NCBI GenBank assembly: GCA_964016885.1
Contig: OZ024741.1
Span: 146,816,001-146,880,000 of the forward strand
Length of the DNA: 64,000 nucleotides
Reading direction: 5' to 3'
Source: Eledone cirrhosa
Taxonomy: Eukaryota
Shown piece after piece: positions 41,301-54,367 of the stretch. Every line of letters starts with the position of its first letter. Position 1 is the first letter of the stretch. Under the pieces are notes generated by a model that did not search any database, was not told the origin of the DNA, and worked only from the letters and a program-made list of their open reading frames with translations. The translations under genes and the position numbers were made by a program.

Positions 41301-43620
41301 ATCAAGGTTGACCATGCAGGTTACTAGTTTGTGATCTGAATAGGCAACCATGAACATTTGTGGACAACTTAACATGTCCCTATCCTTATTTCTAACTAGA
41401 ACCCTATCTAGGTACGATCTAGATGTTCCGCTGCGATTAGTCCACAGTGGCACGGTCGGAAAATCTAGTCGATATCTATCGGCCAGGTCAAATCGGCCGA
41501 TTAACTGTTTGAGGATGTTACACCCCCCTTTATCGGGACATGCTCCCACATAGTCCCAACGTGCATCTAGGATTCCATGCCAGTCCCCCTCTAAAAGCAA
41601 GGAGCGTGACGTTCCCAGAAAAGTATCTAGACGTTTGAAGAATTCTGGTCGCGGTGTCCCGGATGGAGCATATGCGGCCACCAGCCTGAAGGCTCCACCT
41701 TCACTACCATCAACGTCTAGGACCACCAGTCGACCCTCCGGGTCCAGATGTACCGTCTGTGTTACGAGGCCCAGGTGTTTCCGCAGCAAAACGGCAACCC
41801 CGCCCCCACCCCTCGGCTAACAGAGAGATGCGTAGATCTCAAAGTCATCGAAGATGGGGGCCAGCTGTCGCTCGCTGTGGATCCTGGACTCGCAAATGGT
41901 TACTACATCCATACTGTGCGACCTGAGGTCGTTTAAGAGTTTGCCCTGTTTCCAGGGCATCCCCAGGCCGCGTACATTCACTCACCCAACTCTTATATTG
42001 GCCATGTTGGTTCTGAAATGTTAAAAGAGGAGAAGAAAACACTCACTTCTTCGTCTCCCGGGGATCAGGCCGCACGGTTTCCCTGGAGGTGTTAGAGGAG
42101 TTGTCTGGGGGGGGTTACGGCGGGGTGGGGACGGAGATGTTTGGTGGGGGGGGGGTCTGGGGTGAGGGTGGAGAAACTTTTTAAAAGGACGCGGTTAATG
42201 GGTTTAACACAAGGATTACCCACGTCCTTAGGAAAGTTTTCCTTTAAAAACTTATAGGTGTCCGTAGGGACCCTAATCATCTTTAAATTAGGTTTGTCTA
42301 CACAGTTCGAAAAAGTTTTCCCTTCGGTTTTCATCGAAGGGTCGTTGGAGATGACCTCCATTAAAGTTTTGTTTTTACTGTTTATGTATGTGTAATGTTC
42401 TTGTTGTGTTGCGGTGGTTTTTGTCTGTTGTTCTTGTGGGAGCTTTCGTTTTGTTGTAGGTGTTTGTGTTTGGAGTGATGTCGTGGTTTTGTTTTCGGGA
42501 CGGGGGGTTTTTGTTTGTAATGTTTGTGTTGTTTGTGTTGGTGGTGGTATGTTTGTAGTGATGTTTGTTGTTTTTTTGTTCTTGTGGTGTCTTTTCTTCT
42601 CTCTTTTCCAACGGAGATGCTCTGCCTCATCATCACTTGGTGATGATGTGGGGCCTCGTCCGTTGTGGTGTCTGTGTTATTTGGAAGGGGTATGTTTTCG
42701 GGAGCTGTTGTGTTTGTGGGTGTTTTTGCAGTGGTTTTAGGTGGAGTGGGGTTGGGTGGGACTGTGCTTGCAGGTTGGTTTGTTGTTCTTGTTTTGGTTG
42801 TGTTTGCGTGTTGTTGTTGTTGTTGTTGTTGTGGTGGTGGTGGTGGTGGTGGTGGTGGTTGTGTTGTTGTTTTGGGTGTTGGCAGTAGTGCTTCTTTTTT
42901 TTTTAGTTAACTGAGGACAGTAAGCCTTCAGGTGACCACTGCTTAAACAGTGGTAACATGAAAGCCGCCTACCCTCAACAGAAATGTTTATGTGTGAAAT
43001 TCCATCCAGAGGCAAACGTTGGGGTATTTTAGCTATCCGTTCTGGCCTCAATTGGACCAGAACTTCCATGCTTGTACCATTGAATGTGCCTCTGGAGGAC
43101 TTTCCCACCGAAATGATGGTGTCTTCGTCGAAATCGATGAAGCCAGTTAGAATCTACCAGACGTTTACATTTGGTGCAATGTTCAAAATTTTTATTTTTT
43201 AGTTCTTTTTCCCATATATGTGGGGAAAATGGTGTAAAGGGGGGACACAATTGGCGATACAGAATATTGTTGTGCTGTCAATTGGTCTTTCAACAACACC
43301 GAAATGCTTCCAAAAAGTTTCCCTTTTGGGATGAAGGCAATATCCTTCATGGAATTCTTCAGAACCAGTTCAATATCGTTTTGAGATAACTGAACTGGTT
43401 TTTTCGACACATTTGAGACCGTCCTAAAAATTACTGTTTTTAGAACAGTTTCTCTGCGTAACTGTTGAGGAGAAGTGATGCTGAAAGCACCACTCTCACC
43501 AAAAGTTACGTACTGTTTTGTATCGCTTAACATTTCCGTAGCATTGGAAATGTTAAGGTATGTGAACAGTTCCGTCTTTTGGACGGTTTGAGCAAAACAA
43601 ATCTTTTCCTTGTTCGTGGT
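38336..43620 (-). mobile_element. Full-length decayed L1/Tx1-clade non-LTR retrotransposon
   Basis: ORF1 (~43560-42050) with CYHC-x4-H-x4-C knuckle; ORF2 from ATG 42005 (MANIRVG*VNVRGL) to 38576 with APE (AYAP, GDWH, SYLDR, SDH), GYWKLN, KSPGLDG, NFRPITLLN, DQSKAFD, RQGCPLS, YAND, C-terminal CxxC..ET..H..C; AATAAA before the 3' end; (ATCT)n/(TC)n flanks. Confidence 0.93.
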
Positions 43621-43789
43621 AGATAGATAGAAAGATATAGATATAGATATAAATATATACATATTATATACATATTATTGTCAGTTTGGCTGCCAAACTG
43701 ACAAAAACTGGCCCTGTTGATTGCCTTCGAGTCGAAAACGTTTTTCACTGTGTTTTTTTATATTCTTATAGCCTCTTGTATTGTGTTTA

Positions 43790-43935
43790 CCATTATTCCT
43801 TTATTATATAACTATTATGCAATAAACACCTGATGATGTCACCAGGATCTTACGGAACCTGGCCACTGAAATGTACATAGTGTTCACTGAAATAAATCTT
43901 TGAAGGAATTTCACCATCCGGTCTCCTGTCGTTTT
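43790..43935 (+). mobile_element. Penelope-like pLTR remnant with hammerhead-like core
   Basis: CTGATGA-TGTCA-CCAGG..CCTGG-CCACT-GAAA at ~43830-43871, then AATAAA. Confidence 0.45.
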
Positions 43936-45734
43936 ACTCAATAATAATTAACTCTGTTCTCGCACCACCAACAAGATTCAACATCAAAGAGTTGCATAAC
44001 TGTGAAAAAGTTCTCCAGGAAAGTTAATCAGGAATCTTTGAAAATCTCCCCACAGAAGTTAACAAAGAACTCACTAGATCTACAAAACCAAATTGTAAGA
44101 TTATAATATTATAAAATTAAATTAAATTATTTAGAACTACAAGTGAAGTCATTCTTTTCCTTTTTGTTATATATATATATCATCATCATCATTATCATCT
44201 TCGTTTAACGTCCATTTAACGTCCATATATATATATATATATATATATAATCATTAGATGCATCTTAAAATTTTATTAATTTTCCTACACACATGTGCAC
44301 ATACATATATGTAATGTGTGGATGTGTATATGTATGTATTTCCAATCATTGACTGTAAGGAAAACCATATATAATACATCCCAGTATGTGCATGTGAAAC
44401 AATTGTCATCAAGTTTAATTTCTATACCATATAAGTAGAAATGGATTTTCCAGTGAATGAAGTGCCTAATCTTCCAGAATAATTCTATTTCTGTCATATT
44501 TCAAACATGAAATTAGATCATATCTTTCAAAGAACTAATATAAATGTAGAAATAACTAAAAGAAAAGAAAACTAACTAAAAAAAGAATATCAGAGTTGTA
44601 TATGGAATATCAGAGTCATTATGGAGGTAATTTGTTTTCTTGGATACATCAAACTTTAATATATTGTAAGAATTTCAACACCTAAAATTATTCAGAATGA
44701 ATATTTGATTAAATTTCGAAGAGTTTTACTTCAATCTTTAATTTTATTTATTTTTTCTATTTCTTTATAACCTCACTTAATGGAGGAACATGGTATATTT
44801 TTCTTAAGAGTCAAGACATTTATTTCCAGTTTGGCATGAGAAATGTGACAATGCAAAAGATATTTATCCAGATATATTACATAGTCTTAATTTGGTGCAA
44901 CATATTTCATTTTTTTTTTTTTTTTTGGTGGGGTGGAGTTTTTATCTATTCATTCTATTTTGCCTCTCCGAGAAATGTTTCACAAAGGTGCAGGTATGGT
45001 TGTGTAGGGTTCAGTTCCAATAAAGGGACACACTGGGCAAGTGATTTTTAGACCAGTAATTTGTGAGTGAAATTTGGTTGATGGAAACTGGGAAATCCCA
45101 TCGTATATATGTGTGTTTATGTCCTCTGTTTATGCCCTGTAATTTAATGGTTCAACAAAAAATTAATTGATAAAATCAGTACCAGTCTTGAAAAAGATAT
45201 GTACCAGGGTCGATATGATTAGCTAAATCCCTCCAAGACAGTACTTCAGCATGGCTGCAGGAAAACTATATTAACGTTAGTAATTGACTGTTCTTTTCCC
45301 CTTTATTAGATATATATTTCTAGTTAGCATGTTTAAAGTTGCATGCATTAAACATGTTAAATCTATCTTATCTAAAAACCAATGTGAAAGAAAGAGATGA
45401 TGGTAGTGGTGTCAGTAATTTTATTTATATCCTCTCATGACTAAAATATTGACAGTGAATGGCTTTTTTTGAAATGTGTATCAATATTTATAACCAATTT
45501 GGTGTAATGTTGCCAGAAATGGTTGAATGCTTTACAATATTTAGTTTCATACTCCTAGCTTCTGGGTTTGTGTATATCTATGTGTGTGCATATGTGTGTG
45601 TGTATAGTTTATACATATGTGTGAGTGTGTGCATATAGTTTATACATATGTGTGAGTGAGTGCATATGCATGTATATGAGAGAGTGGGAGAGTGTGTGTG
45701 TGTATGTATGTATGGATATATCTTGCCCTTTGCA

Positions 45735-46030
45735 GATGCAGCATGGCTAGATGGTAAAGAAGTTTGTTTTGAACTCATTAGGTACTGGCTTGATTCCACT
45801 GCATGGCATCTAAGGCAAGTTTTATTTACCATAGCTTTGGGTAGACCTATGCCATGTCAGTGAAATTAGGGAGATGGAAACTGTGTGGAAGCCTGTTGGA
45901 TAGATTGCACCTGTAATTCACAAGGACCTGCCTCGTCACACACTGTGCCACACTGAACCTCCTTGAAAATGATGTTATGGGTACACATCTGTGGAATGCT
46001 CAGCCACTCACACTGAACTCGAGGGAGGTT
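45735..46030 (+). mobile_element. Old tRNA-derived SINE (family of 620-780)
   Basis: GCATGGCTAGATGGTAAAGAAGTTTG..TTGATTCCACTGCATGGCATCTAAGGCAAG..GATGGAAACTG. Confidence 0.55.
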
Positions 46031-47939
46031 CATTTTGACCATTTCAGTCAAAATTAGGTATTTATTAACTCGTAATTTTAAACCACATTCTTCAAAAGTA
46101 CAAAAGAATACTATGACTACATCATATCAAAAATTGAAGCTTTTATTTTAATACTGCAAATTTCCACAAGATGTGAACTAGTAAAGGTATGATAAACATT
46201 GGAGTTAACAAACCTATTTGGTTTTAAATATATTCTGGTAAATCATTACAAAATGTTGAAGAGTTGAATCATATAATCAGTTAAGACAAGCAAACGCAAA
46301 GTAATATATTCTCAATGAAGATTTAAATTACATAGAATCAACACCTTAAAATTAATCAACTTTGACAGCTCTCTTCTCTTTTCTAAATGTTGGCAAGGAA
46401 AAGGTAGACAAAAAAAAAACAAATAGAATTTTCTGTAAATATACAATGAAAATTAACCTTATATTAGAAAAGACATGATCAACTAAAATTATGTTTGCAT
46501 GATAATTAGTATGTAACTGAATATCATAGTTGGATATATATGAAGCTAATTTCTTATGTATAATTGAAAGAGTGTATCTATCATAGTTATTATTTGAATT
46601 ACATTCTAATTAACAATTGGTGCTGAATATAGCCATATCAAGTGTATCATTAAAGTAAGATACATAAAACTTGCACTTAATATTATTCATATCATTTAAA
46701 TCGACTCTCAGTGTAGAATGGTTTCATTTGCACAGCTAATGCCATTATCATAATTTCCAACTTTCAATTGCTCAAGGTTTAAACTTGCTCCAAACGTTAA
46801 AAATTCTTCCATCCATTCTGTATTTGAAAACAAAAATCTATAAAATGGTGGAGGCAAATATGGTAACCAACAACTTAATATTTGTGAATTTATATTCACT
46901 GCAATGTTTTCTTTGTCTCTTAGGTAAACTGAGACAACATATCTATATGCTTCAGTTCATTTAATTCTGGTGGAATGTGTATAAGATCTTTTGGGAATGT
47001 TACCTGTGAGAAATTGACATACCATCTAGAAGTAATAATTATCTCTCATCTGATTAACATAATTGGATTTGGAAACCAAACAGCAGTTTTATGGTCCTCT
47101 GAGGCCCAGATTGACATTTATCATTACAATTTATCATATAGTAAAGATTATCATAACAATATAGGTTTTACTGGTTAAAACAATAATTTCATATATTTTT
47201 AATTTTTATTATTGGTTCTGTTTTTCATCAATTTGCCATTTTTGCCTGAGGGAATACATAGATCTATAGCAATGTTATGCTTTAGATGTTCCTGATACCT
47301 AAATAAATTCGACATTAATCATTATGAAAAACCAGAAAGAAAAACAAACAAAACAAATCATTTATACAATGATATAAATGATTTGTGGAAATGGATATCA
47401 TGAATAAAGTCATGTATCATGATTTATCTGCCCTTCTCCACAACTATTTATCATGTTGCAAGAATTACAAAAGTTCTGAATATAGCTGCATATTAAATTT
47501 GTTTTATTTTTAATAGCCCTTTACATATTTATCCTTTCAAGATTTATTACACAAATATCAGCTTATACTAACTATTTACCTCATCATTTATTTCAGTGCA
47601 GTTTGGTTGATATCATCTTTGGTTACTTTTAAATCTCATTGTTTCCTCATGAATCTTTATTAACCCATTTGTACCCTATGATACAAAACTGTTTCCTCTA
47701 AAATATCTATATTTTTCAAAATACCTATTCTTTTTGTAAGAACCTTTAAGTTATGTTCTAAACATGAACTTAATAATAAGCAAGCTAGTTATGTTACGAA
47801 ATGACATTGAATGTTTGTTTATTTTCAAGCTTAAAAGCAGTAATATTTATAGCATTTTGGTAAGACATGCCATGGAAAGGGACATGGGTGATAAAATGAC
47901 TGAGCTATGTATTAAAAGTGACCAGAGGAGAAATAGGTT

Positions 47940-48348
47940 GGAAATATCAGAAGTTCCATTTACTGCTGAAATGAAAAACACAGAAAAAGCAAAGCAGGTA
48001 AAAGTAACTGCAAAGAAAGAACTGCTACAGAAACTGGCTAAGAAATGGCAAGAAAAGCCTCTGTATGGAAAATACCCAGAAAGAGCTAACAATCCTGATG
48101 TTGACAAAACTTTATCCCATCAATGGTTGGCATCCTCTGGACTGAAATCAGATACTGAAGGACTAATTATATCAGCACAAGATCAGTGTCTGCCAATAAA
48201 AAATTATCAAGCCAACATAATAAAAAATGGATGCAACCCATTATGCTGTGTATGTAAAAAACAACCAGAGACCATTGACCATATAATTTCAATGTGCAGT
48301 CCTATAGCTCCAACCGAATACCTAAACAAGCACAACAGAGCTGCACAA
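47940..48348 (+). pseudogene. Internal fragment of R4/Dong family B (linker and CCHC region)
   Basis: Near-identical to ~62978-63352; KWQEKPLYGKY, EGLIISAQDQ, CCVCKKQPETIDHIISMC. Confidence 0.9.
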
Positions 48349-48496
48349 GGCCAGCAATTACCCAGTGCATTACTGGTACTTTATTTTACAGACCCCCGTA
48401 AGGATGAAAGGCAAAGTTAACCTCGGCGGGATTTGAACTCAGGATGGCAAGGGCCGTAATTCTATGTGTCAAAGCATGGCGTCTGACCCTCTACCG

Positions 48497-48500
<4 letters not shown>
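48343..48500 (-). mobile_element. S2 SINE (truncated)
   Basis: Matches 26641-26793; followed by (TAA)n. Confidence 0.85.
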
Positions 48501-48545
<45 letters not shown>

Positions 48546-50357
48546 CTCATTCTTGGATCACCAAAAGCCTGGAGATCTTCAAGGTAGCAGATAACATCAG
48601 ACAGTTGTTGGGAAAAAGTATGAAGTCCTGGGAAACAGAGTTAACATCAACTGGAGAATCCTTGGGAAGCGTGAAGATCAAGAGAGGTATCTTCCAGGGA
48701 GATAGCCTGTCCCTTCTGTTGTTTGTCCTTGCCCTGATGCTCCTGACCAGTGTACTGCGAAAAGTGAGAGCAGGATACAAGTTGGGAAAGGGAGGGCTTA
48801 CCATCAATCACCTCCTCTTCATGGACGATCTTAAGTTCTTCGGGAAGAGTGAGATGGAGTTGGATGTGCTTGTTGACACTGTCCGTATTTTCAGCAGTGA
48901 TATATGTATGCAATTTGGTATTAGTAAGTGTGGAGTCCTTGTGATGAAGAGGGGTAAAGTGAGCAGAAGTAACGGAATCCAGCTACCAACAGGTGAGATG
49001 ATAAAGGAAATTGACTCTGAAGAAGGATACAAGTATTTGGGTGTTCTGGAGGCTGATGACATCAAGAACAAAAAAATGAAGAAATTGATAAGAACTGAAT
49101 ACATTCGGAGAGTAAGGAGCGTATTGAAGTCACATCTGAACAGCAGAAATGCCATAAGCGCAGTAAATTCCCGAGCTGTGTCTATTATTAGGTACAGTGC
49201 GGGAATTCTGAGATGGAATGTTGCTGAACAAAAAGAAATGGATAGGAAGACTAGGAAGCTATTGACTATCTACAACATGTTCCACAAGAGGAGTGATGTC
49301 GATAGACTCTACCTAAGGAGATCTGAGGGTGGAAGAGGTCTTATCAGCATAGAGGACTGTGTTCGGATGGAGAAAAACAACCTATACAAATACGTGACCT
49401 ATAGTAAGGAGCCAATGCTCAGAACTGTACTGAAGGAGGGGACAGTAGGCCAGGGGATGTCCAAGGAGGAAATAACATCAAGGAGGAAGAGCAGCCTTAA
49501 GGGAAAATCCCTTCATAGTACCTTCTTTGAGAAAACTGAATTTAGAGATCCACAGACATGGAACTGGTTGAGAAGAGGAGACCTCAAAAAGGCTACAGAA
49601 GGAATGCTAATGGCTGCGCAGGAGCAGGCCCTCAAAACGAAGTGGTTGAAGCACCATATTTACAAGGAGGAGGCTAGCCCACTGTGTAGGATCTGTGGAG
49701 AGAGAGAGGAGACTGTGGCTCACATTGTGTCCGAGTGTAAACACCTAGCCCAGACCCACTATAAGGGCTGGAGACACGATGTGATGGGCAGGGTGATCCA
49801 CTGGCACCTGTTCAAAGTAAACAATTTACCACATTCTGAGAAATGGTATGAGCATAGGCCAGAGGCGGTGATGGAGAACAATCAGGTGAAGGTGCTGTGG
49901 GATTTTAGGATACAGACGGACAAAAAACTGGAACACAATAGACCTGACCTGGTGGTTGTGGACAAAGAAAAAAGATCGTGTCTGATTGTGGATGTGGCCT
50001 GCCCTTTCGACACGAGAGTGCAAGAGAAGGAGAGGGAGAAAATTAACCGAAACCAGGACCTAAAGTGGGAGGTGAAAAGGATTTGGAACTGCCATGAAGT
50101 CAAAGTGATCCCGATTGTCATAGGCGCACTGGGGACTATCTCCAAAAGTTTCCAGGGATTGTTAAAGAAAATCGGCCCCTTCACGCTTTTTGGAACGCTT
50201 CAAAAGGCATGCTTGCTTGGAACAGCAAGAACCCTCCGATACGTCCTGAATATCTGAGGCTGCAGGTAGTGGCTTGATATTCATTCCAACGGACTTTCCA
50301 GTTAACCAACATCAATGACTGAGATTCAAGGAATAACAATAATAATAATAATAATAA
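48546..50357 (+). mobile_element. R4/Dong family A copy A1, 5'-truncated, open frame to 50257
   Basis: RGIFQGDSLS, HLLFMDDLK, YKYLG, GGRGL, CRIC..H..C, RHD, RPDLVV..DVACP (RLE); (TAA)n on both sides. Confidence 0.95.
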
Positions 50358-50610
50358 GGTCTAATGATTACTTATCGCAAATCCCAGGAAACCCGCGTAT
50401 AGGAGAAATACAAAAGATAGTACTAATGGGAACTGCCCATATACTAAGGAAGATTCTGTCAATATAAGTACATCACAAGTCTAAACACTAAAGATGCATG
50501 TGTGAGTATGTATGTTCTTTCTTGAACATGGCGGACCTTGTTGTCTCTTGAGGTCACTGGTTGTGACTTGGTGATAACTCGTATGAACATAAAGCAAGAT
50601 AAATCCAACT

Positions 50611-50672
<62 letters not shown>
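50358..50672 (+). mobile_element. 3' end of R4/Dong family B with (AAT)20 tail
   Basis: Near-identical to ~63695-63950 (IQKIVLMGTAHILRKILSI* plus 3' UTR). Confidence 0.93.
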
Positions 50673-50673
<1 letters not shown>

Positions 50674-53600
50674 GCTTGGAGATGGCGGGTGTAGTATGCC
50701 AGACAAGCGAGCCGGCGGGAAATGAAGGTGAGGAGGTCCTGAGAGCGGAGGAACCACCCGAAGCAGACAATGATCTGAATACTGAGATAAATAATACCTG
50801 GAACAGAGATACGGCCACTGAGGAGATGAATGCTGACGGGCTAGGACAAGATTCGGTTGACATCCTAAATTTAGTGGTAGATGAGTTGAACAATGATAGT
50901 GGGAGACCTATGAACCTAAGATTTGTAGACAGGAAAAAGTTAAAAGAAACAACAGCTAAGGTAAACAAAGTCATCCCATACCTTGAGGCGAGGAGTCTTC
51001 ACCAGTGCAACAATATCCTCAAAGCAACAGCAAATACGGTGAGGAAACTACTTGGTATAAAAGCGAGAGGAAACAACAGACAAGAAAGAGCAGAGCCGTG
51101 GTGGAAGAAGCGACTGAGTGGGCAAATCGGGGAAATGAGAAATGACATAGGAAAGCTTGAGGCACTACTGAATGGGACACTAAAAAACATAGGCACTAAA
51201 AATAGACTGGAAATAAAATACAAAACTAGGAGTAAAAAGCTAAATATTATCATAGAGGAATTGAAGCAACGCATTGTAGCAAAGAGTGCCAAAATCAGGC
51301 GATACGAGAACAGAGTCAGTCAGTATAAACAGAACCGCATGTTCGACAACAACCAGAAGATGCTGTTTGGACAGCTTGAGGGGAAAGAAAGAGGCACCGA
51401 CTTGATCCCTGGGGCGGAACAAGCTAAAACATTCTGGAGAGGAATATGGGAGCAGGATGTTAGACACAATGCCCAGGCAGGGTGGATTGAGACAGTACAG
51501 AGGGAGATCGGTGAGCAGGCACAGCAACAGACTGATTTGAGTATCACAGTTGAAACTCTTAAGGGGCAAGCCAAAAAACTAACCAACTGGAAATCACCAG
51601 GCCCAGATGGTGTGCAGGGGTATTGGATTAAACATTTAACATCCCTCCACCCGAAGCTGACGGCCATGTTCAATGACTGCTTGGTGTCGGGTGAGGTGCC
51701 AGAGTGGTTGACAAAAGGTACCACAGTTCTGATAATGAAAGACCGAATCAAGGGTAATGATGTTACCAACTATAGACCTATCACATGTCTGCCCGTAATG
51801 TGGAAACTGTTGACGAGCATTGTGTCTGAGGAAATCTACCATCACCTCCACACAAACAACTTGTTGCCGGACGAACAGAAAGGATGCCGAAAGAAGTCAC
51901 GTGGTACAAAGGACCAGTTGCTTATTGATAAGATGGTAATGGGGAATTGCAGGAGGAGACACACTGATCTTGCCATGGGATGGATAGACTACAGAAAGGC
52001 ATTTGACATGGTGCCTCATTCCTGGATCACCAAAAGCCTGGAGATCTTCAGGGTGGCAGATAACATCAGACAGTTGCTGGGCAGGAGTATGGGGTCCTGG
52101 GAGACAGAATTGACATCAACTGGAGTATCCTTGGGAAGCGTGAAGATCAAGAGAGGTATCTTCCAGGGAGATAGCCTGTCCCCTCTGTTGTTTGTCCTTG
52201 CCCTGATGCCCTTGACCATTATGCTGCGAAAAGTGAGAGCAGGATACAAGTTGGGAAGGGGAGAGCTTACCATCAATCACCTCCTCTTCATGGACGATCT
52301 TAAGCTCTTCGGGAAAAGTGAGAAGGAGTTGGATGTGCTTGTTGACACTGTCCGTATTTTCAGCAGTGATATATGTATGCAGTTTGGTATTGGTAAATGT
52401 GGAGTCATTGTGATGAGGAGGGGTAGGTTGAGCAGAAGTAACGGGATCCAGATACCAACAGGTGAGATGATAAAGGAAATTGACTCTGAGGAAGGATACA
52501 AGTATTTGGGCGTTTTGGAGGCTGATGGCATAAAGAACAAAAAAATGAAGGAATTGTTAAGAACTGAATACATTCGGAGAGTAAGGAGCGTATTGAAGTC
52601 ACATCTGAACAGCAGAAATGCCATAAGCGCAGTAAATTCCCGAGCTGTGTCTATTATTAGGTACAGTGCGGGAATTCTGAGATGGAATGTTGCTGAACAA
52701 AAAGAAATGGATAGGAAGACTAGGAAGCTATTGACTATCTACAACATGTTCCACAAGAGGAGTGATGTCGATAGACTCTACCTAAGGAGATCTGAGGGTG
52801 GAAGAGGTCTTATCAGCATAGAGGACTGTGTTCAGATGGAGAAAAACAACCTATACAAATACGTGACCTATAGTAAGGAGCCAATGCTCAGAGCTGTACT
52901 GAAGGAGGGGACAGTAGGCCAGGGGATACCCAAGGAGGAAATAACATCAAGGAGGAAGAGCAGCCTTAAGGGAATATCCCTCCATAGTACCTTCTTTGAG
53001 AAAACTGAATTTAGAGATCCACAGACATGGAACTGGTTGAGAAGAGGAGACCTCAAAAAGGCTACAGAAGGAATGCTAATGGCTGCGCAGGAGCAGGCCC
53101 TCAAAACGAAGTGGTTGAAGCACCATATCTACAAGGAGGAGGCTAGCCCACTGTGCAGGATCTGTGGAGAGAGAGAGGAGACTGTGGCTCACATTGTGTC
53201 CGAGTGTAAACACCTAGCCCAGACCCACTATAAGGGCTGGAGACACGATGTGATGGGCAGGGTGATCCACTGGCACCTGTGCAAAGTAAACAATCTACCA
53301 CATTCTGAGAAATGGTATGAGCATAGGCCAGAGGCGGTGATGGAGAACAGTCAGGTGAAGGTGCTGTGGGATTTTAGGATACAGACGGACAAAAAACTGG
53401 AACACAATAGACCTGACCTGGTGGTTGTGGACAAAGAAAAAAGATCGTGCCTGATTGTGGATGTGGCCTGCCCGTTCGACACGAGAGTGCAAGAGAAGGA
53501 GAGGGAGAAAATTAACCGATACCAGGACCTAAAGTGGGAGGTGAAAAGGATTTGGAACTGCCATGAAGTCAAAGTGATCCCGATTGTCATAGGCGCACTG

Positions 53601-53726
53601 GGGACTATCTCCAAAGGTTTCCAGGGATGGTTAAAGAAAATCGGCCCCTTCACGCTTTTTGGAACGCTTCAAAAGGCATGCTTGCTTGGAACGGCAAGAA
53701 CCCTCCGATACGTCCTGAATATCTGA
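50583..53726 (+). CDS. R4/Dong family A copy A2 RT-RLE ORF, 5'-truncated, fused in frame to an upstream ATG through poly-Asn
   Basis: ATG 50583 in the family B 3' UTR gives MNIKQDKSNC-N20-GLEMAG...; from ~50670 near-identical to the 55604 ORF; WKSPGPDG, NYRPITCL, EQKG, WIDYRKAFD, FMDD, CCHC and RLE intact. Expression unknown. Confidence 0.8.
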
Positions 53727-53800
53727 GGCTGCAGGTAGTGGCTTGATATTCAATCCAACGGACTTTCCAGTTAACCAACACCAATGACTGAGATTCAAGG

Positions 53801-53812
53801 AATAACAATAAC

Positions 53813-53899
<87 letters not shown>

Positions 53900-54201
53900 A
53901 AGAAGAAGAAGAAGAAGAAGAAGGGAAGAAGACGCACGAGGTGGTAGAAGGTCATGAAATCGCTCCCAAAAGAAAATAGTTATAAATGGAAGAAAGCACC
54001 CTCTGTCTACACTATATAGAACAGCCAAATAACAGCAATTTCACCAACACCAGAAACTTGATATACCACCTATCCCATCACACTAAATATAACAGCCAGA
54101 TAACGGCAATTTCACCACCACCACCATCAATCCCGGCATGATAATAATAATTACTATTATAATTGTCTCAAATTTTAACAAAATGTTTAATTCCAATTTT
54201 A
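53801..54201. repeat. (TAA)n(GAA)n compound microsatellite plus ~280-bp segment duplicated at 59071-59486
   Basis: 53923-54201 appears identical to 59209-59486. Confidence 0.95.
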
Positions 54202-54367
54202 AGGGAAGAAGACGCACGAGGTGACGGAGGTCATGAAATCGCTCCCGTAAGTTTTGAATTTTTAACATATTTAAATCATTTGTGAAATAACAACTCTTAG
54301 TACAAATGCTACGTAAAGCACCCGGCTTGAGCCCCAAAAAATTCGGACCCAAAATATATTGTTATAA

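Noticed and set aside
47764-48420. 218-aa ORF as a host gene
   Set aside because: Accidental read-through of AT-rich flank, Dong family B fragment and antisense SINE.
50538-50582. ORF-track start at 50538 (1062 aa)
   Set aside because: It is a TTG codon; the first ATG is at 50583 and the first family A Met at ~50682.
53650-54028. Poly-F/L/I/R ORFs (also 58920-59313)
   Set aside because: Translations of the (TAA)n(GAA)n microsatellite.
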